Below, in pieces: positions 27,451 to 41,287 of a stretch of 64,000 bases of DNA. The stretch covers positions 806,001 through 870,000 of the forward strand of contig OX597831.1 of the NCBI GenBank assembly GCA_951406725.2, in the 5' to 3' direction. The first letter of the stretch is position 1; every line of letters begins with the position of its first letter. The position numbers and the translations under genes are program-made. Origin of the DNA: Octopus vulgaris. Its lineage: Eukaryota. A model generated the notes under the pieces. The model did not search any database. It worked only from the letters and a program-made list of their open reading frames with translations, and had not been told where the DNA came from.

Positions 27451-29467
27451 ACTAGGAGGATATGTTTTATCTTATATTTTTACATAGACATAAATCTCCA
27501 AACTTACAGGGAAGGTGTTTAATGGGAAGTTGTGATGTTCATGGCTATTGTCCTTGTGAAAAATGTATGAAGCTCACAACATCTGACATCTGTGGTTATA
27601 AAGAGATGCGGCAGACAAGAACATAAAGTATTCACTTGGCTCTTGGTCTTTCAGCAAAGTTGTGAATTCATATCGCCCTAAAGGCATTGAATTGTATTCT
27701 TAGGCAAGAGTTTTCTGTCTGTTTTGCTCTGCAGAGAGGGTCATTTGTATATTAAACTACATTCAGTTTCATATATTAACTTTGGTTAATATATCTAATG
27801 CAAAGAGCATTAAAAGAATTAACTAGATGTAATTATGCAGTGAGAGGGGGAAAAAAATGAACTTTTAGCCAAAGACAACTCTTGACATGTTTTGGGCTTA
27901 TTATAACCTCATCAGTGGAACATAATTTTCACCATACTTGCCAAAGTGATAAAAACAGTCATGTAATAAAGCCTCTGTCACCAATAATGTGTGATGTATT
28001 CAATACAAAAGAACTCTTTCATGGTGAATATTGTTACAACAATGACGGATTTTGGGAATAGTTTGCAAACATTAACTTTTTTTTTCTTTATCACAATAGA
28101 GATGGGTCTGATAGGTAGATATGTAGGTTAAGAGACATCAGAGACAAGTTGAGCATGGGGGGGGGGGGGTAAATGACAAAATGAAAGATAAACCTGAGGG
28201 AGCTTAAGAAGGTGTGTGTGTATGTGTGTTTAAGTATGTGGAGATAAAACACACACACATGCATATATATATGTATATATACACACACATATACAGACAT
28301 GCAAAAATGACAGGAAAAGATGGAAAAATAGTAAATGGGAGAATGACTGAAAGGAAGAGACAAAGAGGAAGAGTGAGAGGGAGAGAATGTGCGATAGATG
28401 ATAGAGAGAGATAGATAGATAGAGATATATATAGAGAGAGATAGATAGATAGAGATATATATAGAGAGAGTGAGATAGACAGATAGATAGAGATAGATAG
28501 ATAGATAGAGAGAAGAGAGAGAGTGAGAGAGTAAAATGTTCTAAAATATCATCGAATTGTGTTAGCAATTGAATTTCACTAGTAAGCTGATGTACCACTT
28601 TCTTCCTTTTTTTTTCAGAACCACTTTATCATTATTATTATTATTATTATTATGATCATCATCATCATCATTATCATTATTACTGTCATTATTTATGAGC
28701 AAGAAAAGAGAGGGGAGAACTGAAAATAATGTGCACACATACATATACACTCACCCTTCTCTCATTTTCTCCTTCTCCTGTCTCTTACAAACCAAAACAT
28801 TTTCCAACATTGAGTAGCCACATCACATCTTTATCAAGAATTTAAATAATTAAATAAATAAATTTTTGAAAAAATCTCAAGTTAACTCCTCCCCTCTGTC
28901 ACACACAAATAACAGCAACAGTACAAATACAACATCGCACTGCATCATATCTGCTAGATGAATAAAAATTGAGTTGCGATTCTTCCCATATTTTAGAATT
29001 ATGAGCTCCTCTCTCACATTTAGTTCAGTGACTGAAAATATTTAAAAACTATCAAAATCAACCAGCTGGAACCAAAGGAATCAAAATAAATCACTGTTTT
29101 ACACACACATACATACATATCTTCTCATGCACTGACACGCACACAAACACATGTATAGATATATGTAGGCTTGCTTTTATTGTTGTTGGGCATACTGGGC
29201 CTTTGAGCATACAGTTGATTACGCAAAAACAACCCAATTCCCACCCCACATTTATTGACCTTGGTAGGATGAAAGGCAAAGCCCTCTTGGGTAAGATTTG
29301 AACTCAGAACAGAAAGACATGTAAGCAGATACCACAAACTATTTTGTCCAATGCTCTCTCTCTCTCTCTACACACACTCATTAGTGACTACTGTTTCAAT
29401 GAAATAAATTATCATTTGTTTCCTTATAAAGTCTGCTACATGCATTGAGTACTTATTAACTTGCAAC

Positions 29468-29507
<40 letters not shown>

Positions 29508-29508
29508 C

Positions 29509-29712
29509 TTTATTTAAAGCAGTAGAAAATTCAACAAAACCTGTTACTCTAAGTTTCCCGTTGCCGTTCATCGGACAGTTTTTGCAACGGGAAACTCAGA
29601 GTAACAGGTTTTGTTGAATTTTCTGCTGCTTTAAATAAACATATTACTTTACCACTGGTATTTGAGTACTCTTTTTTCCACCTTGTTTCACATTTATGTG
29701 TTTACTCTGGTA
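29509..29712. mobile_element. Second copy of palindromic hammerhead element (plus arm partly deleted)
   Basis: Same arms and same tail (ccactggtatttgagtactcttttttccaccttg) as 36452-36703; hammerhead core on minus strand ~29537-29583; within (TA)n. Confidence 0.8.
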
Positions 29713-29845
29713 TATATATATATATACTTATACACACACATACACATATATACATACACACACACACATACGTATCAAGTCCTATGCACAAGACTCTTGA
29801 CCTTTGAGTCTCTTTGCAACTTCTGCTGGTTATATACATATATCT

Positions 29846-29909
<64 letters not shown>

Positions 29910-30206
29910 GAAAGAATAGAGTGAAAAGGAAGAGGGAGAATGATTTGACAGCTGTTTAATGACCACTACATATGTTTCGATATAACATAGATCCACATAT
30001 ATACAGGACTTAAATTTAAATTAAGCAACAGTTTACCTGTATAATAGGACCTAGTTGTATCTCCTCAGGTGATATAAAATCACTGTCTCCTAGAATTGGT
30101 AGTATACCATAAATACTGCTGGGTATCTAAGGGTTAACAAGCTCTGTTTTGTACTCTAATATGTTCTTAACGGAATACACCTCAACTATATATATATACT
30201 TTTTTC

Positions 30207-30257
<51 letters not shown>

Positions 30258-31661
30258 TACATACCCACACACACACAAACATACACACAAACTTATATAT
30301 TTTATCAGAAGCTTCATCTAATCATTACCTAGAGTTTCATATTGCTGATTATTCAATTGATCACATTAAGGATACACCATGACAACAAATAATCAAATAC
30401 AAAATGACATCGAAATATGATTGGTCACAATCAAATTACTATAACTTGAAAGATGGTCACGTGTCAAAAAAAAAAAAAAATCAGTTATTCCATTAGCCCT
30501 AAAACTTCATTTCCAATAATTACCTTCTTTGCTTTGGTATGTTTTAAAAAATAATATTGAAGACATGAAAATATCACATGGTTTTTTTTTTTGCATATGA
30601 ATAGGCGACTGAGAGATGAATTTTGTTTCTTTATTTTTGCTTTTTGGCAATCTATCAAATCTTGATGACTAATCAGATTTTCATGTGTTTATGAATTTTT
30701 TTTCTTATATATTGTCATGGTGCTTCTTCCCTTACTTCAGTTGTTTGAATATTTGGTGACATGAAACTCAATACACAGTTCAAGAGGCTTCAGTTTCTAA
30801 GAAGATATACTAACTCTAAGTTATGTATTGAGTAAATAAACATTTATCAAGCCAGACACACATACACACACACATATACATACATACATAAATATATACA
30901 CACATACATATATATATATATAAAGTGAGTGGACAAAGTGGCACTCAACACACCTACATACATCATTTATTTAATAACTGTTTGATTTGATTCCATGCGG
31001 CGTAAAGTTTCAAAGGCTCGTCAAATGAACCTATCTTGAATCAAACAACACACACACACACATATATATTTATACACTGATTAGCTCACTCTTGCCCGCC
31101 TTTCTCTTCTTATCTGTCTTTCTTTCTCTTTATCTCTTTGTCTCTACTTTGCATTTACTTCAAGCTTACATGTTCACAGCTATCACAAACATTAAAAGCA
31201 ACAAATACATCTATTTCTCTGCCACTATATTAGCAATGTGTAAAGAAACACACAAAAAAAAATAAAAAGAAGAGAAAACAACATAAAAATGGTCTTCAAC
31301 TCCCCTCTTAACGAACGTAACATGGTACATGTGTCGAACAACTTATCCAAATCTGCAGAACTTTGCTACATACAAACTTTGGTCTGTGCCAGTATTGGCC
31401 GAAGTGATGTCTTAATAAATTTAATACTATCATCTGGTGTAGTTATATCCTCCTACGTATGTCTTTTGTCTTTGTCAGTCATCTCATAATCACTCCACAT
31501 CTAAAGAAGAGAGGGAGAGAGAGAGAGTGGAGAGGGTGATGGATGGGATGAATGGTATATACATTTATATATATATATATACATATATTATGTATATGTG
31601 TGTGTATATGTATATATATATAATTATATATATATATACATATATTATGTATATGTGTGTG

Positions 31662-31708
<47 letters not shown>

Positions 31709-33413
31709 ATATATTATGTATATGTGTATGTATATGTATATATATATATATATAAGGCAAATTATGCCTTATAAATTCTGGGTAAATTTCTGTTTTACTC
31801 CTACCCATACCTAGTATTGGATATAAATACGTAGGTATATATACCCAGTAGTATATTGGATATTTATTATCCCTTAGATGGTTGCTTAACCTATACCTCA
31901 TACAAACATATATATATATATATATATATATATGCATAGATTACACACACACACACATGGAGATTATACATACACATTCTGTATATTACGTATATATCTC
32001 AATATGGTTGTACTGATGAATGATGCTGTATGTTCATAGTGGTGGTGGTGACGATGATAATGATGATGATGACAGTAACTGCAGAGGGTGGGGTAGGGGA
32101 AGAAAGGAATGTGTTATGTTACACAAAAATAACACCACCGGCCCATTTTTTTTTTTTGTTTTAATTTTCCTTCCTCCATGTCTCCAACATGGCAGTCCCA
32201 ACATAACTCCCACCCCCCTTACCACATCACGGTTCACGACTTCTTTTCCAGTACCACCAACCCCACCGCAATTATCCGAGGCCTCTCCGCCCTGTCCTGT
32301 CCTGCCCTGCCCGGGCACACTGAAGCTCCACCACCCATCACCTAGCTCTAAAAAAAATCCAAAACCTTCATCCTTGAAACCCTTCTACTGTTGAAAAAAA
32401 AAAACCAATAAACCAATTTTGCCTTATTAAATAACTGTTGCTTCATGTTACCAATTGATGTTGATGGTGCTGCTGCTACTGCTGCTGCTACTGCTGCTGC
32501 TATTGTCCTCTTCTTTCCTTCTTTCTTTTTTTTTCTTTCTTCCCCCCCTCTCCCCACCACTAAAAACAAAACATTTCATGAAGTCTTACACTTGGTTAAC
32601 ATCCATTCATATTTTTACACAGAATAAACCACACAACACACACACATACACATATGCACATACAGACACATACACATATGCACATACAGACACATGCACA
32701 TATGCACATACAGCAGATACATGCACACAAATAATATAACATAATAATATCTCCATTTGTTTGCTTGTTGTTGCTGCTGCTGTCTTTTGTTTCTTTTTTT
32801 TTCTTCTTTTTTTTTTGGTATTTTGGCTTAATTATTATTATTATTATCATTATTATTATCATTATTATTATTATTATTATTGTAGTTGTTATTATTTTTC
32901 ATGTTTTTTTTTTTTGTTTTTTTTTTTTTATCAGCGGGTGAAAATTCTGACCCTTCATTCATCAATGGCATGTTTATCCTTCTTTCTCCATTTCTTCATT
33001 GCAAACACCACAAACGTCACAAACACCACCACCACCGCAGCACCACCACCACCACCACCACCACCACCACCACTACCTCACTATCACCACCACAAACACA
33101 TCATCACCATCCATCCATCCATCAATCATCATCATCATCATCAACATTGTAACCATCATCGTCATCATCATCATCATCATCATCAACTTCATCATTGTTA
33201 TTACCATCGGCATCCGTCACCATTTCTCTAACTGCTGCTGCTCTTGACATCCATCCATTGTCGTGGTTTCATGGAGCCTTTGTTGTTGTTGTTGCTGTTG
33301 TTGTTGTTATTGTTGTCATTGTTGCTGTTGTTGTGTAGCTTCCATCCATGCTTCAGTACACCTAAATTGCAGATGATAGCTGTACGTCATGGTGATGGTA
33401 TCACTGTGAAGAA

Positions 33414-33455
<42 letters not shown>

Positions 33456-33693
33456 GGTAGTGGCAATGGTTGTTGTTATTGTTCTTGCTGTCGCTGTTGT
33501 TTAGTCCTAGGTTATTCCAGATTGAATCCATGCAGATACCACACAGACCTTTGATCAATGGCATGGTGATAATACATACTTGTGGCATTGACTGCAATTG
33601 TGACAGTGATGAAGTTGATGGTAGCAGTGGCAACAGTAATGGTGGTGGTGGTGGTGGTGGTGGTGGTGGTAGTGATGGCGGTCAGGTAGGCTT

Positions 33694-33724
<31 letters not shown>

Positions 33725-33900
33725 TCATTACTGTTATTATTATTGTTGGTTGGTTGGTTGGTTGGTTGGTTGGTTGATTGGTTGGTTGGTGTTTAAGTTT
33801 TGCTGTTCTGGTTTCAAAACAAGCGTTCGGTTTGTAAAAATAAAAAAAAATAAAAAATTAAAATTGTTCCTCGCTAGTCTCACCACACTCTATTTCACCA

Positions 33901-34025
33901 TCAAGCATTTTCTTGTTTCAGTTTCTTGATGGTATTCTTCAACGCTTGTCTCTTGTTGCAGAACCACACACGAATCACTTCGCGGTCATAGTTCAAGTTT
34001 TCAGAAAGCTCTGTCATCTCAGCAC
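33901..34025 (-). CDS. POU6: POU6 last coding exon, homeodomain helices 2-3 and stop
   Basis: GAEMTELSENLNYDREVIRVWFCNKRQALKNTIKKLKQENA* (POU-type WFCN); acceptor ctcttctacttcacag; TGA at 33903-33901. Confidence 0.97.
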
Positions 34026-34220
34026 CTGTGAAGTAGAAGAGAAAAGAAATTTCAATTCATTTACTTAATTTTACGTGTTTCAGTCATTGCCTTCCAAGTT
34101 TATATTTTTGGTAATCATTCATTGTTTTACATCCATTTTTCCATGCTAGCATGGGTTAGGCAAATATGTTATTGAGGCATTGTTTTACAGATGAACAGCC
34201 TTCCTGATAATAACCCTTAA

Positions 34221-34442
34221 CCCTTTAGTGTTCAGATTACTCTGTTAAATGTAATACCTTTTCACTCAAATTGTTTTGAATTAGTCATGCATTATCTTAT
34301 AGCTTTTGAGGTTTCAATGATGTGATTGTTTATTTTTAGAATGTCAATGTAGGTTAGGAGTGAGAGGCTAGATATCGCCAGTTTGAATATAAAACATGTA
34401 GAATATATTGGGCCAGATTTGGCCGGTTTAAACACTAAAGAG
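34221..34442. mobile_element. piggyBac-type MITE
   Basis: TTAA on both sides; TIRs CCCTTTAGTGTTCA / TAAACACTAAAGAG. Confidence 0.75.
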
Positions 34443-35039
34443 TTAAATACTTTTCAAGTAAGGGGTCTCTTATTATTCCATATTGTTTCAAAGGCACAAA
34501 ATGAATGGCTTAATTACTAATAAATGCCAATATAACACTGCATGAATGTTGTGACTTTCAAATAAGTATGCACTGGAGGTCAACAAACAAACACACACAC
34601 ACACATGTATGTATGGAACAGGCTTGGCTTCTTTTTTAGTTTCCATTAACCAAATGGTTCTGGTTTGCCTTGGGTGATAGTAGAAGACATTTGTTCAAGA
34701 TGATACAAAGTGGGCCTCAACATGAAACCATGTGGTTGGGAAGTATGTCTACTCTTTAAAGAGGAAGTACTCAATACAAACAAAGAGTGCAGTGTTTTAT
34801 TTAGGTCAGTCTTTTATTTAGGCCTGTTACTGTGGTGTCTTTTCACACAGTCTGAATTGCCTGAAGAAGTAGCTGCATGCTGTGGAAACTCCTGTGTATC
34901 AAACCAGTGCACTGGTCAAAATAAATTACACACACATCATATATTTTGTAAACAATAGCATCATTGGCTGTAAGTTTCGAACTAACCACAACTACATTGC
35001 ATTTCAGATGACGAGTCACAGAGCATCTCATCACCTGTC

Positions 35040-35085
<46 letters not shown>

Positions 35086-35130
35086 GATATATATATATAT
35101 CAAAATAAGCAACAAGGATATCCAGAGGTA

Positions 35131-35219
35131 ATGCAGTACAATCGTTTCATGCGACTCCATTTAATTGAACAATGCAATCATTACATCAATTTAAAATGTA
35201 GAGCAATCTTCAGCTGCAC
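35131..35219 (-). ncRNA. Type I hammerhead ribozyme motif, sense strand of last POU6 intron
   Basis: GTGCAG-CTGAAGA-(imperfect long stem)-GAAAC-GATT-GTA-CTGCAT; 6-bp helix I (one G-U), GUA cleavage triplet. Confidence 0.75.
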
Positions 35220-35249
35220 AAAGACATAGAATTTAATTAAATTAGAACA

Positions 35250-35440
35250 GATGGACACATTAGTATAATCCACACACTTATTGTAACAGTCCTTCAGTTT
35301 TCCTAAGCCCTGTAAAAGAACTCTGAAGGTTTGACCTCCAACCAGGCCTTTCACAATACTTTTAAAGCCAGGAAATTTGCTATGGAATGGCGAAACTAAT
35401 TTTTCATTTTCTGAAAAAGCAAAATTTTGGACTTATGACA
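35250..35440 (-). mobile_element. Mariner transposase C-terminal fragment
   Basis: Frameshifted AWLEVKPSEFF..GLGKLKDCYNKCVD resembles the mariner C-terminus. Confidence 0.45.
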
Positions 35441-35481
35441 CATTTGCATAATAGCAACAATATATATATATATATATATAT

Positions 35482-36440
35482 CATCATCATCATCATCATC
35501 ATTTAGCATCCGTTTTCCATGCTAGCATGGGTTGGACGGTTCAACTGGGGTCTGGGGAGCCCGAAGGCTGCACCAGGCCGATCTGGCAGTGTTTCTACAG
35601 CTGGATGCCCTTCCTAACGCCAACCACTCCGAGAGTGTAGCGGGTGATTTTATGTGCCACCGACACAGGTGCCAGACGAGGCTGGCGAACGGCCACGCTC
35701 GGATGGTGTTTTTATGTGCCACCGACACAGGTGCCAGACGAGGCTGGCAGACGGCCACGCTCGGATGGTGTTTTTATGTGCCACCGACACAGGTGCCAGA
35801 TGAGGCTGGCGGACGGCCACGATCGGATGGTGTTTTTATGTGCCACCGACACAGGTGCCAGACGAGGCTGGCGAACGGCCACGCTCGGATGGTGTTTTTA
35901 TGTGCCACCGACACAGGTGCCAGACGAGGCTGGCAGACGGCCACGCTCGGATGGTGTTTTTATGTGCCACCGACACAGGTGCCAGATGAGGCTGGCGGAC
36001 GGCCACGATCGGATGGTGTTTGTTACGTCCCCAAAGCACGGAGGCCAGTCTATGCGGTACTGGCTACGGCCACGTTCGGATGATTTTCTTGTGTGCCACC
36101 GGCACTGGTACCACAAAGATACAAATTCCATTGATGTTCATCTATTTTGATTTGTTTTGATTTGATTTGATTTTCACTTGCCTCAACAGGTCTTCACAAG
36201 TGTCACAAGAAGGAAGGTATGCACAGGTGGACTGACTACGTCCCAGGTAGGGGCCACGGGTTATGGCCTGACTAGTCTTGCCGGGTCTTCGGATGGTGTT
36301 TTTATGTGCCACCGACACAGGTGCCAGATGAGGCTGGCGAACGGCCACGATCGGATGGTGTTTGTTGCGTGCCCACAGCACGGAGGCCAGTCGATGCGGT
36401 ACTGGCTACGGCCACGTTCGGATGGTTTTCTTGTGTGCCA
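35482..36440 (-). mobile_element. Retroposon family D (RTE-like (GAT)n tail) with internal 62-bp tandem repeat
   Basis: (CAT)n-TTAGCATCCGTTTTCCATGCTAGCATGGGTTGGAC tail shared with 38315, 45971, 16205, 53580-53820; six 62-bp units at 35651-36022. Confidence 0.8.
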
Positions 36441-36451
36441 TATATATATAT

Positions 36452-36703
36452 GCTTTATTTAAAGCAGCAGAAAATTCAACAAAACCTGTTACTCTGAGTT
36501 TCACGTTGCCGTTCATCGGACAGTTTTTGCTAGAATAGCAAAAACTGTCCGTAGCAAAAACTGTCCGATGAACGGCAACGTGAAACTCAGAGTAAGAGGT
36601 TTTGTTGAATTTTCTGCTGCTTTAAATAAAGCATATTACTCTACCACTGGTATTTGAGTACTCTTTTTTCCACCTTGTTTCACATTTATGTGTTTACTCC
36701 GGT
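36452..36703. mobile_element. Palindromic non-autonomous element with hammerhead motif on both strands
   Basis: ~80-bp inverted arms (about 36452-36532 and 36552-36632) plus a ~70-bp unique tail; each arm reads AAAACTGT-CCGATGA-ACG(GCAA)CGT-GAAAC-TCAGA-GTA-ACAGGTTTT (plus arm has AGAGG for ACAGG). Confidence 0.8.
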
Positions 36704-36780
36704 ATATATATATCAACATCATCATCACTGTTTAATGACTACCTTCCATGTTGGCATGAGTGTGTGTGTGTGTGTGTGTG

Positions 36781-36862
<82 letters not shown>

Positions 36863-37092
36863 ATGCAAATTACAAACAAAATATTTAAAAGCCTGACCTA
36901 AGATTGAAAAAGTGAACAGATACTTTCTTAGGAGTTTAGGAGTCAAAACAAATAGCTGCCATATTCTGTGGCCAGCTGCATTACTCGTTACACAAACAAA
37001 ACTGAACAAATCAATGTTTTGAATTAGTACCACTAAATGTTTTATTGATGTGTATGCATGCATGTGCTTGAGACTGTTTGTGTGCAAGCATA

Positions 37093-38300
37093 CAAGGTGG
37101 TATCATCAAAAAGTTCCTGGACTAGTTCTGGAGTGTACCAATAGATGGCAGCACATGGTTGTGTGTGCAGGGAGAGCTAGCAGTGACCTTCATGAAGCAG
37201 TCTGCTGAGTGACACCACTGTGTTTACTTTGCAAGTTGAGAAATTTGTGTTTTTGTGATCACGTGTATGCTGTGGTCTGCAATTTTTTTTCATGGACAGG
37301 AATAAAGAGCCAAAATGAAATTTTGCGTCAAACTTAGAAAGTCTGCTCCAGAGATACGGAACATGCTTTGGCAAGCTTATGGTGACAAGGCAATGGGTCA
37401 TATGCAATGTGTCAAGTGGCATGGGGGCTTCAAATGTGGAAGAATATCCCTGGAAGATGATGAGCTATCTGAAAGACCTGCCATGAGCATCACCTCTGGA
37501 AGCATGGAGAAAATTCATGAGTTTGTGCATGAGGATCATTGGAGGGCAATCAATAACATTGCTGCTTGCTGACGACTGAGCAGAAAGAACATTGTGGCAA
37601 AGTCTGTCAAGATCCCTGGTAGTGTTCCACTGATGACCCATCCTTCGTGTTGAGGATCATCACCAGTGACGAGAGTTGGATCTGTGGGTACAACCCTGAA
37701 ATGAAGCAAGAGTTGTCACAAAGGAAGAACCCTTCATCTCTATGACCAAACAAGGCATGACAGAACTGCAGCTCAAAAGCATGCTCATTGTTTTTTTACA
37801 ACATCCACGGTGTTGTGCATTGAATATTCATTTCCCATGGCCTGACTGTGAGGTTTTAAAGCATTTGAAAGAAGACATTTGGCGGAAGCGACCAGATCTG
37901 TGGAGTGCGAAGAATTGGATTCTTCATGATGACAATGCACCTTGTCACTGAGCTCTCGCCACTCATGACTTTCTTGCCAAAACCAACCCAGTATCACTTC
38001 TGCACCCACCCTATTCACCAGATTTAGCAACTGCAGACTTCCATCTGTTCCCAAGATGAAAATGTAGCTCAAAGATTGCCATTTTAACACCATTGCCGAA
38101 ATCCAGAGTGAATTGCAGGAGGTCCTTGACTCACTTATGGAAAATGACTTCTGGGCTAGATTCCAAAAGTGGCAGGAATGCTGGTACTGGTGTATTGCTG
38201 TGCAGGGTTACTATTGCAAAGGAGATGATGTTAAAACTTATGTAATTAAGTTATTTTTTATGAAACAGAACTAGTCTGGAGACTTTTTGATACCACCTCA
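37093..38300 (+). mobile_element. Full-length decayed mariner (DD34D) transposon
   Basis: TA TSDs; TIRs CAAGGTGGTATCATCAAAAAGTTCCTGGACTAGTTCTG / CAGAACTAGTCTGGAGACTTTTTGATACCACCTCA; transposase pieces KFCVKLRKS, IITSDESW, LHDDNAPCH, HPPYSPDLA.ADFHLFP with frameshifts and stops. Confidence 0.92.
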
Positions 38301-38314
38301 TATCTTTTTATATA

Positions 38315-38700
38315 TCATCATCATCATCATCATCGTTTAGCGTCCGTTTTCCATGCTAGCATGGGTTGGACGGTTCTACTGGGGTCTGTGAAGCCAGAAG
38401 GCTTCATCAGGCCCAGTCAAATCTGGCAGTGTTTCTACGGCTGGATGCCCTTCCTAACGCCAACCACTCCGAGAGTGTAGTGGGTGCTTTTTACGTGCCA
38501 CCCGCAAGGTGCCAGACAGAGCTGGCAAACGGCCACGAATGGATGGTGCTTTTTATGTGCCACCGGCACGAGGGCCAGGCAAGGCTGGCAATGGACACGA
38601 AATGGGGCAGTGCTGGCAACGGTCGTGAAACGGAAGGTTCTCTTACATGCCACCGGCATTGGTAACACATCTGCAATTTCCATTGATCAATTTCGATTCT
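38315..38700 (-). mobile_element. Retroposon family D copy
   Basis: Same tail and GGATGCCCTTCCTAACGCCAACCACTCCGAGAGTGTAG block; 2-3 diverged internal units. Confidence 0.8.
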
Positions 38701-38719
38701 TTTATAATATATAATAGGC

Positions 38720-39062
38720 ATAGGAGTAGCTGTATGGTAAGTAGCTGCATGGCACCTTGGGCAAAGTGTCTTCTACCATAGCCTCGGGCCGACCAAAGCC
38801 TTGTGAGTGGGTTTGGTAGACGGAAACTGAAAGAAACCCGTCGCATGTTTGTGTTTCTGTGTTTGTCCCTCCAACATCACTTGACAACCGATGCTGGTTT
38901 GTTTACATCCCTGTAAGCCTAGTACTTATTCTATCGGCAAAAGGGACCGACAGAATAAGTACTAGGCTTACAGGAATAAGTCCTGGGGTTGCTTTGCTCA
39001 ACTAAAGGCGGTGCTCCAACATAGCCACAGTCAAAATGGCTAAAACAAGTAAAAGAGTAAAA
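38720..39062 (+). mobile_element. SINE family B (internal deletion)
   Basis: GGCACCTTGGGCAAAGTGTCTTC...AAACAAGTAAAAGAGTAAAAGA. Confidence 0.85.
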
Positions 39063-39239
39063 GATATATTGTATATTGATATATACACACACCATGCTGC
39101 ACATAAAGCGCAAAACTCAGAGTAATGACAGAGCTAAATCTTCAGTTTCTGATGAAAAATCTCTATTACACGTATTGAGTGCTTTTTCTCCAAAATCACT
39201 ATGTTTATATGTATATGTATGTGTGTACTTGTGAGTGTA

Positions 39240-39670
<431 letters not shown>

Positions 39671-40125
39671 TGTCCTGGTACAACTGTACAATTTAACTGC
39701 CCTTTGATGCTGCAGAAAAATGTTTATCAGCAGTCGTTTATCACCTCGGCTTTCTGCCTCATCTTGTTTGGCAGAGGTTTTATGACAGGAAATCAACAAC
39801 AACAACAATTACAACACCACTAACAATAACAACAACTACAACAACAACAACACCAGAGCAGCAGCAGTAGCAGCAGCAACAAAAGCAGAAAGGGGTACTT
39901 AAATTGTTTATTAATGTTTCAACAGCTAACGAAAAAAAAAAAACAGAAAAAGAAAAAGAAATAGGAAGAAAATTAGAAATAAATTTAAATAAAGAAAAGA
40001 AAAGTGGTTGTGGTATGAAAATAGATTTCAAGAGCTATAGAGAATGTCTTTCAAGAATATTGTAGAAAATATTTAATGTTAGATTTTTGTTAGTGATGGT
40101 GGATGGAGTTAGTGATGTGGAGGAG

Positions 40126-40208
<83 letters not shown>

Positions 40209-40210
40209 CG

Positions 40211-40252
<42 letters not shown>

Positions 40253-41287
40253 GATAGAGAGAGAGAGATCAACTCTACAACTAGACAGACATTTCTTTAT
40301 TTTCACAACAGAGAAAAAAAAATAAAAAAGAGAAGGAAAAAGCCATCTCGTGGAATCGTTTTATGGCATATCAGAAAATGTAGTGCTTCTTTCATCTTTA
40401 TTCTTTAATGAACCTTACGTGTAAAAATGAATCACCAGTGTCATCATCAGCGTCATCATCATAATTGTCACTCTCCTCCTTTTTCACTCTCTTCTTCCTC
40501 CTCTTCATCATTGTCATATTTATCATCTTCACCCTCCCCTCCCCCAAGCCACACCACCACCACCACCACCACTCCCACCTTCAGCATCATTATCATCATT
40601 ATCATTTTCCCCTCACCTCCATTATTATTATTATCAAGCCCATGATTAATGTGTTTACTTCAGAGTTTCCTGTAGGTTTGGACAGGTTTGTAAACATCAT
40701 CAGGCCACCCAATTCAATAACGTATTGCCTACTGTCATTCGGTTATGTTTTCCATAAAACCTAAATCTCTTAAATCTAACTAACCAGAACAACACAGACT
40801 TTGAATCATCTTTGAGGGTTGAACTCTGTCCTGGCAACAATCAAAGACACTATTTTTAAATCACCCTCTAACTACTTTATTCTAAGTTTTCCTTGACCTT
40901 TTTTTTTTTCCTGCCCCAGCAACAACAACAAGCTATTTCACATTTTACTACCACGTGCTTTGTTGTTAAGTCCACCCCTACCACAATCTCAGTTATTTTC
41001 AACAAATTAATTACTTCCAGATATAACCACATCTTCCCCAACTAACGACAACCTTAAACAGCAAACACACACCAAATCAGAAATGAAACCCAGAATGAAG
41101 AAGCCAAACTAAGAATATACGCCAAAGAAATGCGGAGAATGAGCAAACGTTTGCATCTAATGTTAACCAGAAAACAAGCAGGTAAAACAGCCAACAAAGT
41201 AATTAGTAGAAAACCCTAATTGTCACAGTCCCTGCCACAAACATCCCAAAACAAACAGAAAACAAACAATGAAATAACATATTCATA

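Noticed and set aside
35532-36150. 183-aa and 168-aa repetitive ORFs; CRISPR-like appearance
   Set aside because: Contiguous 62-bp tandem units with no unique spacers, inside a retroposon; eukaryotic context with no cas genes
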